From assembly GCF_004010195.1 (NCBI RefSeq), contig NC_057716.1, positions 10,970,064 to 11,024,250 on the forward strand: a stretch of 54,187 nt of DNA. The letters are read 5' to 3'. Shown in pieces: positions 1 through 10,695 of the stretch. A program made the translations under genes and the position numbers. The notes under the pieces were generated by a model. The model did no database searches. It was not told the DNA's origin and saw nothing but the letters and a program-made list of their open reading frames with translations. Numbering within the stretch: position 1 is the stretch's first letter; each line of letters opens with the position of its first letter. Source of the DNA: Chiloscyllium plagiosum. Lineage: Eukaryota.

Positions 1-478
1 CTATAATAGTATCAGCAATCACAAATGTATCCTGCTCCTATATCAGGAAATACTCTTCTCTCATATTTCTAACACTCTGTAACAAGAAGCAAGAAAGGCT
101 GTGTATGCAAATAATTGATCTTTTCCTAATCTCTAGCTTCTAAGGATTGTCTGGCTAGCATAGTATCACTTGTTTTTTGTGGATTTTCATTTTTACCATT
201 ACAACATTGACCTTTCAACCAAGGCATGTGTGAACTTTATTCTACTTTTCCTGTCAGCCACACCAGTGATGTGGAATTGGAACTTTCAACTTCTTTTAAG
301 AGTAAACATCATAAATTAAACTGGTCTACACTATCTTTTGTAAAATTAGAGCATTTTATAGTTAGTTGGTTTGTAGATAATAATTCATTGAAGTCAATTG
401 TAAAATAAGAGATGTCCATTAGTCTTGTAATTTAAGTGTCAAAGTCCATTCAATTGCTAATGATCAAATTGAAGCTAT

Positions 479-484
479 TTTATT
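479..484 (-). terminator. g1 polyadenylation signal
   Basis: AATAAA ~50 nt after the stop; same spacing in paralogues. Confidence 0.7.
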
Positions 485-534
485 TAGGTTCAGAAGTGAT
501 TTAAACAAAGAAAATAAAATATTTTAACAACAAT

Positions 535-810
535 CTAGAAATCCCTCATGCGCCTGAAAGATCCTACAGTTGAGCTGTAGCCTCCCCAGTCACTGTATCT
601 CCTATATTCACCGGGTCTCATGAAGTACTGGCGCCCTCTGTAGTTGGGATGTTCATAGAAGGTCCAGTAACCGTCCATCACATGGCAGGAGTGGATGTCA
701 CGGTAACGGAAACGATCGTAGACAGATGGACAGTCATCCATGAATTCCATCATCTGTCCTCCAAAGTCAGGCCTCTCATAAATCCTCATTCTGTAGGAGC
801 CTCCCTGGTA
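535..810 (-). CDS. cryg: g1 exon 3 (C-terminal domain)
   Basis: Acceptor tctattgcag|TAC; TAG at 537-535. Confidence 0.96.
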   Translation of the reverse strand, partial: YQGGSYRMRIYERPDFGGQMMEFMDDCPSVYDRFRYRDIHSCHVMDGYWTFYEHPNYRGRQYFMRPGEYRRYSDWGGYSSTVGSFRRMRDF

Positions 811-3131
811 CTGCAATAGACAGAGGATCAAGATGAGGTTAGATTCCCTACAGTGTGGAAACAGGCCCTTCAGCCCAACAAGTCCACATCGACCCTCCGA
901 AGAGTAACCCACCCAGACCCATTTCCCTCTGACTAATGCACCTAACACTATGGACAATTTAGCATGGCCAATCCACCTAACCTGCACATCTTTGGACTGT
1001 GGGAGAAAACCAGAGCACCAGGAGGAAACCCACGCAGACACAAGGAGAATGTGCCAACTCCACACAACAATTGCCTGAAGCTGGAATTGAACCTGGGACC
1101 CTGGTGCTGTGAGGCAGCAGTGCTAACCACTGAGCCACCGTGCTGCCGATTACAATTTTCTTCAAATATATAGTCAGCTCCGATATTGCAAAGATAACAA
1201 GTTCTGGAAGCAAGAGATTCAGATCCAAATCCTTTCAACCAAGGAGCAGCTGAGCATGCAAATCTTTTTAATTGTTTTTTAGCTAACTTTAGAGGATCTG
1301 TATTAAGTTATTTCCTTAAGTTCTATGTGGTTAGACATATTTCTTATTGTGAAAGTGATCCTTCAGAATTCACATAAGGGGATGTAAAACATAACCACAA
1401 AGCTACGGACCACAAATATAAGATTCATTCATTGAGTTCTGCCCAAAGGCAGCTGTCAGTGATAGTTTGCCATTGCCTTCCAGTTCTTAGGAGCAGGGTG
1501 AGGAGGAGACCCAAATTTATGTCACTTGGATTAAAAACTGAACCCTGTACTAGCCATTGAGACAATTGAATTAACCAGCCACTAGCAGACTCAACAATGA
1601 ATTCTGCATTATCACCTTTACCGAGAGGGTGGTTAGAATGTGGAAATCATTGCCTTAAGGAATCACTGAGGTGTATAGCATGGATGCATCGAAGAAGATG
1701 TTAGATAAATGCATGAGGGAGACTGGAACAAAAAGATATATTGATGTTGGTTGATGACGAAGTTCAGGAGTAAGGCTCCTTAGCAGCATAAACAGAACAT
1801 TTGGGTTAAATGGCCAATTTCTAGCCTGTAAACAGCATTTAATATATATGAAGTTAGGAGCACTGATAACATGTGTTAACAGATTCTAATTAAGCCATCC
1901 ACTTATCAGCAGATGAATGTATAAATTATAACAATGAAATCCAACAATGCAATGCAATGCAATTCAATCCTTTCTTCTGGATATTTGATCCAAATGTACG
2001 ATTAAATTGTCCTATCGAATGATTGGGTTTTTTCAGGGTGTGGACTTAGATCCATAATGCCATGGGAGGTAATACTAAGGAGCCAAATGTTCTTCTGCTC
2101 ATGCTGGAGACACCTTGATGTTAAGAAGGACATTCACACAGGTATCCCCTCCCTGCATGTGAAGCAGATCAATTACTATTTCCAACTGATGTGACACTCT
2201 GTTTCCACAAAACTCCATTCAACAAGTACACATACCACTTAACAAATATCACACCTCCAGCTGCTAAAGAGTCCAAACCAAAGTTACAAGAGTTAAGCCT
2301 CCAATTTACAAATAAAGCTATTTTGAAGTATTTCAACAATTGTAAATCTCTGAATACATGACGCTGAGTAAGACAAGGTCACAATAGAAACACAGGCAAT
2401 TGAATTATACAGATGTTTTCACAATGTGTTAACAATCTCAGTACTGTAATAAGCATAGAAGTCAATTTGATAAGAACCGAGAGTGTGGTGCTGGAAAAGC
2501 ACAGCAGGTCAGGCAGTATCTGAGGAGCAGGAGAATCGACGTTTCCGGCATAAGCTCTTCGTCAGGAATCCTGATGAAGGGCTTATGCCCAAAATGTTAA
2601 TTCTCCTGCTCCTCAGATGCTTGCCTGATCTGCTGTGCCTTTCCAGCACCACACTCTCGAATCTGATTTCTAGCATCTGCAGTCCTCACTTTCTCCTTCT
2701 AGTTAAGAACACCCAATTCAACAAATGATGGGGACTGTTAAAACTGTTTGATGCTGACAAAACTGACAATAAATTTTCATCAATAAATATTAACTTACCT
2801 GTGGGTAGGAGTGACATGACCTGACACAGTCGTTGAATCCCATCCAGCGCTGGTAGTCAGGATACTCTCCCCTTGTCAGAACATACTGGTATCCCATGTA
2901 ATTGGGTTTCTCATACAGCACCCACCAGTCACTGTCAACACGGATGGAGTTACAGTGGCTGAAGTAAGGGGACAGGTCGGCACAGTCACTGCTGCACTCA
3001 TAGTGCCGCCCCTGGAAGTTCCTGTCCTCGTAAAAGATGATCTGTGGGAAGGTATATGCTCAATTAATAAACTGTGAAAGTAGAAAGTAGCAAACAATGG
3101 ATAATAATGCAATAGTTCTTACCTTTCCCAT
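535..3131 (-). CDS. cryg: Gamma-crystallin gene g1, intact, 175 aa; join(3131-3123, 3041-2799, 810-535)
   Basis: MGK / [53 protein letters not shown]...SCHSYPQ / [19 protein letters not shown]...GSFRRMRDF*. Four Greek-key motifs, GT-AG phase-0 introns, exon sizes 9/243/276. Confidence 0.96.
830..1148 (-). mobile_element. tRNA-derived shark SINE (HE1-like), full length, in g1 intron 2
   Basis: Head GGCAGCACGGTGGCTCAGTGGTTAGCAC, B box GGTTCAATTCC, tail GGCCTGTTTCCACACTGTAGGGAATCTAA. Confidence 0.88.
1610..1835 (+). mobile_element. Degenerate CR1 LINE 3' fragment
   Basis: gagagggtggttagaatgtggaa...gatgttagataaatgcatg matches the CR1 ORF2 end seen elsewhere in the window. Confidence 0.6.
2478..2697. 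mobile_element. Penelope-like short element forming a long inverted repeat, with hammerhead-like core
   Basis: gtggtgctggaaaagcacagcagg...tcgtcagg mirrored by cctgatgaagggcttatgccc...ttccagcaccac; tail catctgcagtcctcactttctcc. Confidence 0.75.
2799..3041 (-). CDS. cryg: g1 exon 2 (N-terminal domain)
   Basis: ttcccacag|ATC ... CAG|gtaagt; 243 nt, open. Confidence 0.96.
3123..3131 (-). CDS. cryg: g1 exon 1 coding part (MGK)
   Basis: aaaATGGGAAAG|gtaag. Confidence 0.92.
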
Positions 3132-3188
3132 TTTGAGCCCACAGTTAGCTGAGGAACTGACTGATTGTAGCCCAGGGGAGCCAGTTGA

Positions 3189-3247
3189 TATTTATATGCT
3201 GCGGTACATTTGCCATTCTAATGAATCAGAACTGAAATTCAGCAAAA
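3189..3247 (-). promoter_or_regulatory. g1 promoter: TATA box (3196-3189) and half-MARE TTTTGCTGA (3247-3239)
   Basis: TATAAATA ~60 nt upstream of ATG; the motif pair recurs in all six genes. Confidence 0.75.
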
Positions 3248-4164
3248 GTGCAACAAAACACACAGCACACACAATGTAAAGAGAACAACTTCAAAGACAA
3301 ATGAGGTGCCATTGATTCTCTCTCTTTGCCGACACATAATTTCATTGTTACTTTACAAAGAAGAACAGTGAACGAGATCATTCCCTGCTTTCTGTGCCCT
3401 GGTTCTGCTGAACCTTCGGAACAGTCACAATTCTGAAACAGTTGTGCTTGCAACGTGACAGCGTCACCCCCTGCTGAACTGACTAAAATGGGGACTAAAC
3501 TATCCATTAATACCTGGTTCCATGATACATGGTAGAAAATCAGTGTTATGTAGCTATATTAGAAATGTTTAATGTGTAAATTCAGAAAGTGTCAGAGTTT
3601 TATGGAGAAGTGCTCAAAGCGTTTTGCAGGATACATTGGAACAAAAAAGCAGCTCGAAGCAATATTAGGCTGTTCGGTCCATCAAGCCTGGCCCAATGTT
3701 CACTATGATCATGGCTGATCATCTATCTCAATGCCATATTTGTGATTTCTCCCTATGTCCCTTGATGCCTTTACAATCCATGTATCCAAATTAATTGTCA
3801 TTTTTTTATCCCTCCCTTGTTACCAAACTGCTGTAAGTCTGAGTGCCATGCACTTTCCTAGCTCCATAGTCTGAAATTGATACCCATCTCCAATGCCCTT
3901 CTCTTCCATCCTACCAACCTTCCCATTTGACCAAACAGTCTCCGTTATTTCTACCAGTGTGATGCCACCAGCAAATACATCTTCCCTTCTTTCTGTGAGG
4001 CCAATTTCCTTCAAAGCACCCTGGCCCATTCCTCTATCAGGCCCAACATCTTGTTTCACTGCCATAACACTCTTCTGTGCAAGAACCGCAAATGTAAATC
4101 TTGTGGTATGATTTCTCCTTTCCCACCATCCCACACCCATCATGTCCCTCCAGGTAAAACTGCA

Positions 4165-4865
4165 ATTATAGAGTCATGGAGATATACAGAATGGAAACAG
4201 ACCTTTTGGTCCAACACGTCCACGCCCACAAGATATCCTAAATTAATCTAGTCCCATTTGCCAACCATTTGGCCCATATTCTTCTGAACCCTTCCTATTC
4301 ATATATTCATCCAGATGCCTTTTAAATGCTATAATTTTACCAGCCTCCACCACTTCCTCTGGCAGCTCATTCCAAATACGCACCACCCTCTGTGTGAAAA
4401 GATTGTCCCATAGATCTCTTTTTAAATTTTTCCCATCTTACCTTAAACCTATGCCCTCAAGTTATGGACACCTCATCCTGCGAAACACTCCATATAGACA
4501 GTAAGATCATCAGAACTAGGAAAGGGAGTGGTCTGTTCAGTCTCTCAAGCCTGATCTACCATTCAATAAGGTTATGGTTGACCTGACATTCCTCACACCA
4601 ACTTCCTTGTGTTTCCCCATAGCCTTTAATTTTCCTAATGATCACGAATCTATCTCAGTCTTAAATATACACAAGGACTCTACCCCCACAGCTTTCTGTC
4701 GCAAAGAGTTCCAAAGACACACCCTCTGAAAGAAAGAATTCTCAGTCTTACATTGACACCCCTTTATTATGAGACTTCACTCTCTGGTCCTAGATTCTCT
4801 GATGAGGGGAAACTTCCTCTCAGCATTTACTCTGTCAAGCCCCTCAAAAATCCTTTATGTATCCT
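4165..4865 (-). mobile_element. Two adjacent CR1-type LINE 3' fragments (about 4165-4480 and 4500-4865)
   Basis: Reverse complement of the CR1 tail and VWNELPEEVV-type coding end. Confidence 0.7.
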
Positions 4866-7599
4866 TTATGCTTACAACTGCTCTGGACACTTTGGTCGGA
4901 ATCAGGTGAACCAGAAGAGTCTGTCTCTTATGGAGTAAGGGTGTGGAATATAAGGAGCTGCAGTAAAGTCCTGTACCAAGGATGAGAGCAAAAGTGCAAC
5001 CATTCCAGTGAAGGAACAATGGACTGGTGCGAGTAAGTTCAATAGCCGAAGTGGAACTGAACCTTCCAAACTGGAGACAACTCGAGAAATGGTCCTTAAG
5101 AACTACCTGAAACTGCCAGGCATTTCCTGTCTAACTAGATAACTAGATTGCAGTTCTAAGGTTTCATTTCTGAGTATCACTCTTAATCTAAATTTTCACT
5201 TAAGAAAACCTTAACAGAAATGTCAATGTGTATCAACTTCTCTTGCAATCAGGTATCATTTCCTCTCCATGTGTCATTTTACCCTGTGCAATGTTTAAAT
5301 GTTTACTTTTATAGATCACTAATGACACACTCCCCCAAGATGCAATTCTAGTTTTGCTCCCTGCTACAAAAATTAAATCCTATTCAAAGGAACCACCTTA
5401 CAACTGATTGACAGATATTTGCCACTGTCAGGTAGTTTCTGTCTAACTAGATTAGTTAACTAGCATCCCATTTGAAAGTTCAATTTCAGAGTCTGACTTT
5501 TAATCTATCTTTCAACCTGAGAAAAGCATACCAACAATTTCCACGTGAACCAAATTTTCAACATTCTAATGTATGTTTTATAAAATTGAATACATAAATA
5601 TCTGGGATAAAATATTTTGGGAGGGAGAATAATAAAAAAAAATGATGGGACCATTCTTTTAAGATCATTTATTTATCACTTTCATTCAGAATCTCCATTT
5701 CTACTCCAAAGAACTTAAATTGGAACCTTCAGATTTACAAGCAAAGCTTATACCAACAAAGTCAGTTCTTTGTCACTTTATTTGTACTTCCAAACCAATA
5801 GTCAACTCTCTCTACGTTTAAGTAATGCTTCCAAAAACAGTTATTTGTTGTTCCAGGTAAATTGTATAGACACTGAAATTTGGAATCTCATTCAATATGT
5901 GGTATGTCAGTCATGGTAGTAGTTCATTATAAAGTTTAAATTAGTGATTCCAATCACTGCCAGCAAGAAAGCAATCTCACTCACTGCTGAGCTCGAAGAA
6001 AGCTACCCAACAGTCATTTTGAAGTATTCTCACAGACAGCAAATCAGAAAGTAAAAACCACAGAATATCTTCACTTTTAATTTAACTGCTCACAGACAGG
6101 AAAATGAATGATTCAGACTTATTGATGGGATTAAGGCAGAAGCTAAAATATTATAAACAATTTTAAAGAAGTATATCATTTTAAAGATATGTGAGTATTC
6201 AAATGTAATGCAGAAATTTGACAATTAATAAGTATTCATCCAGGGCCAGTGACTGTTTTAGCAGTCATTTTCAATATAGTATGACATTAAATGACCAATT
6301 ACTCCTCATGACACAAAATGTAACTTATTTTTACTATTAAACAAATACTGTCAGAGTCAACGTTCTCATCAGATCAATATTCCTACTTGGCTGCATTCTT
6401 GGTGATATCACCAACACAGATGCTGAGGAGGCAGAGCATCACTTGCAGCACCTTCTGGATTTCTGCTTTTAACTGTGCAGGCCCAAGAAGTTACTCACAG
6501 TTTCACTGTCATTACTACCACAAAATAGAAGCAGTTGTCTCCTCTCAAGCTTTCAAAGGAGAACAGCAGCAGGAATGTATCAGGTCAACAAATGTTTAAA
6601 GGATGGTGCGATATTCCAGGTATTATAAATCTAAGCTCAAAGTATGGAAACAAAGAGGTAAGCCTGGAATACTCATTGTATGGATGGTTTGCAGACAGAA
6701 AGTTGTGTTCACTTTTGTCTGTCTTATTTTAAAAAATGTATCAAAACTATGGAAAATGTGAAGTTTAACATTATGGGATGCCTGTGAGGTTTTCGATATG
6801 AAGAGTGACAAAAGAACCTGGGACTATTTTGTTTGGAGCAGAGAAGATAAAAGAACATCTCTTAAAGATCTTCTAAGGTAGATAAAAGAAAACATGTCCA
6901 TTATAGTGAAGTGGAGGTCTTTAAAGATCATCAGCTAAAGTACATGAAGGGAAATTAGAAGAGTACTTCCTTTTTTTTAAAGGAATGTTGAAATATGAAA
7001 TTCCCATTTGCAATGTCAGTACATAGTAACAAATAATCTTCTCATACAAGATCCATATGGAGGACATAATTAAGGGTGATTTTCCTGGATTGTTCTCAGA
7101 TGCATTGGATTACCAGTTAGGTGGGTAATTCCAATATAGGTGAGACCCCTAACCTGCTCATTCTCCAGGGCATTCAGACTGTCTGGGACTGCACTTAAAG
7201 AAATGTCCCGATTGCCACTGACAGATGCACTGATAATCTAGAATGGTGATCCAAACAAAAAGAATCATAAATCAAATCAATCACAGCAAATGCTTGGCTG
7301 CTTAATTATTCCATTTTGTGTAAAAGTGAGATTCTGATTCTCTAAAGTAAGTCTGTATCATTTTACTAAACTCCCTGAAAAACGGTAATTACCAAACTGT
7401 TCTGTCAGAAAAGAAATCAAACAATTGAGCTTCAATATCATGACAAATGAAATCAAAATTTATTTGTAAAATCCATACTTGATGCAGTCCAGATGTTTTG
7501 TTAAAATGTTGAAAACCAAATTTGGCTTCAAGTTTCTGGCATCAGTAATGGCATCAGATAAAAGTATGGGAATGGAAATTAAGCAATGGATTAGTTTAG

Positions 7600-8090
7600 T
7601 GGATGCAATAATTGGAAAAAAGTACTGAGGAGAATGATGTAGTTGGAAAGTACTGCTGAAAAGAAAGAACTAGAAAACGTGAGACCAGCATTGTTAGATA
7701 AGGCAGAAACATCAAGAAGAGAGGAACAATGATTGCACAGTAATAAGAGGTGGATACTGAGGTGGATGTGAGGGATGACAAGGACGGACAAAAGCAGGAA
7801 CCAATATATTGGGGAGACAGTGAAGATTGTGACAGCATCGAAGAAAGTAGCCGAGAAGAGAATGAAATGTTGTGGTCGTCGGATTTGGAGAGAGAAGACA
7901 TATGAAGATAGGACTTCAAGAAATAAGGAGAAGAGGAAGGTTAAAGCTTTGATGGAAGGTTGTGGCTTGAAAGGTGTAAATGCAGTGGGATTGAAAGAAG
8001 AATGGATCACTGACAGGGCAAGGTGGAGAAGGGTTATCAACTAATCTTCTCATGATCAAAAATAATATGGGGAAAGCTGAAAGAACAAGA
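7600..8090 (+). mobile_element. Degenerate RTE-clade LINE 3' end
   Basis: Translation RNQYIGETVK...KKVAEKRMKCCG...DRARWRRVI resembles the RTE ORF C-terminus. Confidence 0.6.
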
Positions 8091-8461
8091 GGTGAACATC
8101 AAATTTAGATACTAGTCTGACCTATAGTGATTCTGATTTTCTATTTATTTAAATCAATACAGTATGTTATGTGGAGCTTTGCACTATAACTAACTACTGA
8201 ATTTTTTTTTTAAACGTGCAACGGTTGTGTTGAAAATTGCTAGGAGCTGTTTTCCATTATTTACTATGAATCAGCTCAGTTGATATTTCAAACTACCTGT
8301 CTTATGAACAGAAGTTATTTCATTGTTCACTTTAATGATATTCATTACGTCATTATCTCTGGCTAAAATATTGTTCATGAGACATACTCTGTACCCCAAC
8401 TATTGTTTCCAAGAGATTTGAAAATGAACAAAGATATCAAAATGCATCAACAAAAATGCAA

Positions 8462-8467
8462 TTTATT
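8462..8467 (-). terminator. g2 polyadenylation signal
   Basis: AATAAA 50 nt after the stop. Confidence 0.6.
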
Positions 8468-8516
8468 ATATTTCAGAATTTTACAGCAAAAGAATTTTAT
8501 TATTATCTTCAACCAC

Positions 8517-8792
8517 CTAGAAATCCCTCATGCGCCTGAAAGATCCGATAGTTGAGCTGTAGCCTCCCAAGTCACTGTATCTCCTGTATTCACCAGGTCT
8601 CATGAAGTACTGTCGCCCTCTGTAGTTGGGATGTTCATAGAAGATCCAGTAACCATCCATCACATGGCAGGAGTGGATGTCACGGTAACGGAAACGATCA
8701 TAGACAGATGGACAGTCATCCATGAATTCCATCATCTGTCCTCCAAAGTCAGGCCTCTCGTAAATCCTCATTCTGTAGGAGCCTCCTCGGTA
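8517..8792 (-). CDS. cryg: g2 exon 3 (open, W>L)
   Basis: ctattccag|TAC CGA GGA ... TAG; 276 nt. Confidence 0.85.
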   Translation of the reverse strand, partial: YRGGSYRMRIYERPDFGGQMMEFMDDCPSVYDRFRYRDIHSCHVMDGYWIFYEHPNYRGRQYFMRPGEYRRYSDLGGYSSTIGSFRRMRDF

Positions 8793-8988
8793 CTGGAATA
8801 GAAATAAGATCATGTTTGTGATGAAGTTGTTAATATATATTTAGTGTCCATATATTTATTTACAGAAAAGGGTGGAATTTGATATTAAATAATTAATCAG
8901 ATTTGTATAGATAAATAAAGCTAAAGCAGAAAAATAAATAGCAGTGCCCAATTCAACTGTTCCAATTTAATTTATGTACCATGCAGTG

Positions 8989-9352
8989 TACTACTATTAT
9001 ATTGTAAATGGTAAAGTATTTGCACAAACTTAAATAAAATTAATCAATTTTAGTTGCTGAACAGAATTAAATTGTATTTATTTTTATTCCTGCGATTGAT
9101 GGATCGGTGTATACACCTCCAATGAGAGTCAAGTTCAAAAGAACCATCCTTGCAGTGTTCCGCAAGGATCTGTTTTGGGACCATTGCTGTTACTACTATT
9201 ATATTGTAAATGGTAAAGTATTTGCACAAACTTAAATAAAATTAATCAATTTTAGTTGCTGAACAGAATTAAATTGTAGTTATTTTTATTCCTGCGATTG
9301 ATGGATCGGTGTATACACCCCCAATGAGAGTCAAGTTCAAAAGAACCATCCT
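8989..9352. repeat. 162-bp direct duplication (8989-9150, 9191-9352) with a 40-nt CR1-derived spacer
   Basis: Copies differ at two positions by eye; spacer translates SVPQGSVLGPLL. Confidence 0.92.
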
Positions 9353-10189
9353 CCCCCCGCAAAAGGGATTCTCTTAAAGATTCCTCTCATCCATCACCAT
9401 AAGAAGCTAGATATTAAAACAGACTCAGTGGATAACCTTTGAGTTTCTGTACCCTCATTACAATATTGAATCTGGTTGAGTACCTCACTGGGAAACTTTA
9501 ACATTTTTTGTAGATCTAGACAGGCAAAAACTGAAGCTATGGTTGTCTGAGTAGACATCCTGAATTGCTTCCATTAAACAAAACTCATGTGACCGTGCAA
9601 GAATTTCACAATTTTCATATTTCATTGGTAGCCTCAATGGCATCTTCCCTTTGCTAAAGGCTATTGGTTGCTGTCACATCTCGAAGCTTAAAAATGTTTG
9701 CTTGCTAACCATCCTTCAGTTCTCAAGTGGAGGTCAAGGCTCAGTTCCTAGTGTTCACCTCTTTCCCGATTATGTCAATGATTCCATTAAAGGTATGGGA
9801 TGTGAACTTGTTGGCAAGGCTGGCAGTTATTGCCAAACCCAAATCGTCATTGAAAAGATGGTGGAGAGCTACCTACCTTTCGTCTTGGTGGTATTACAGA
9901 AAACCTACCTGTATATCTTCACTATTTATAACACTAAGGACAAATAATCAGAGAAAATATGCTGGTACTAATGACAGGAAGCTACCACAGTCCCAAAAGC
10001 TGACGATAATGCTTAATTCTTTGTGCATTATTAGTGCTGAACATATAAACCACCCAATTATTAATTATATATAGGTGTAGTAATATGGCCTAATGAAGAA
10101 AACACATCCCTGCTTTTTCTTGATGTTATTGACTATTTTTCATGTATATTATTGTCACAAGATTCAACAATTGCAGAATTATAACTTAC

Positions 10190-10431
10190 CTGTGGGTAGG
10201 AGCGACATGACCTGACACAGTCATTGAATCCCATCCAGCGCTGGTAGTCAGGATACTCTCCCCTGGTCAGAACATACTGGTATCCCATGTAATTGGGTCT
10301 CTCATACAGCACCCACCAGTCACTCTCAACACGGATGGAGTTACAGTGGCTGAAGTAAGGGGACAGGTCGGCACAGTCACTGTGCACTCATAGTGCCGCC
10401 CCTGGAAGTTCCTGTCCTCGTAAAAGATGAT
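10190..10431 (-). pseudogene. cryg: g2 exon 2 with 1-nt deletion
   Basis: Crystallin sequence is split over ORFs 10267..10461 and 10133..10387. Confidence 0.85.
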
Positions 10432-10612
10432 CTGTGGGAAAGAAACATCAATTTTAGTCACTCATTTATGAAATGTAGATATTTAATGAATGATTTAAAA
10501 TTGAAATGCTTGATTATACAACACAAAAACTGAAAAAAGTCATCTTGCCTTTCCCATTTTGAGCTCACAGTTAGCTTTGTAACTGAATCCCTCACTGTCC
10601 CACACAGCTTGG

Positions 10613-10695
10613 TATTTATAAGCTGAACAGAAATGCTGCAATGGACTATACTTTTGTTATTCCAATGATTGAAGAGTAAAACTCAGCAATAAAAG
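10613..10695 (-). promoter_or_regulatory. g2 promoter: TATA (10620-10613), SOX-like ATAACAAAAG (10660-10651), half-MARE (10688-10683)
   Basis: Motifs and spacing shared with g3 and g4. Confidence 0.7.

Larger units (their letters stand above)
8517..10557 (-). pseudogene. cryg: Gamma-crystallin g2, probable pseudogene; exons 10557-10549, 10431-10190 (242 nt, frameshift), 8792-8517
   Basis: 1-nt deletion near 10383 (TGC A-C AGT) leads to TGA at 10269-10267; conserved Trp>Leu (TTG, 8570-8568); GC donor in intron 1. Confidence 0.8.

Noticed and set aside
811-1065. N-terminal extension of ORF 535..1065, suggesting a novel 176-aa fusion protein
   Set aside because: The extension is intronic SINE sequence read through the splice acceptor at 811.
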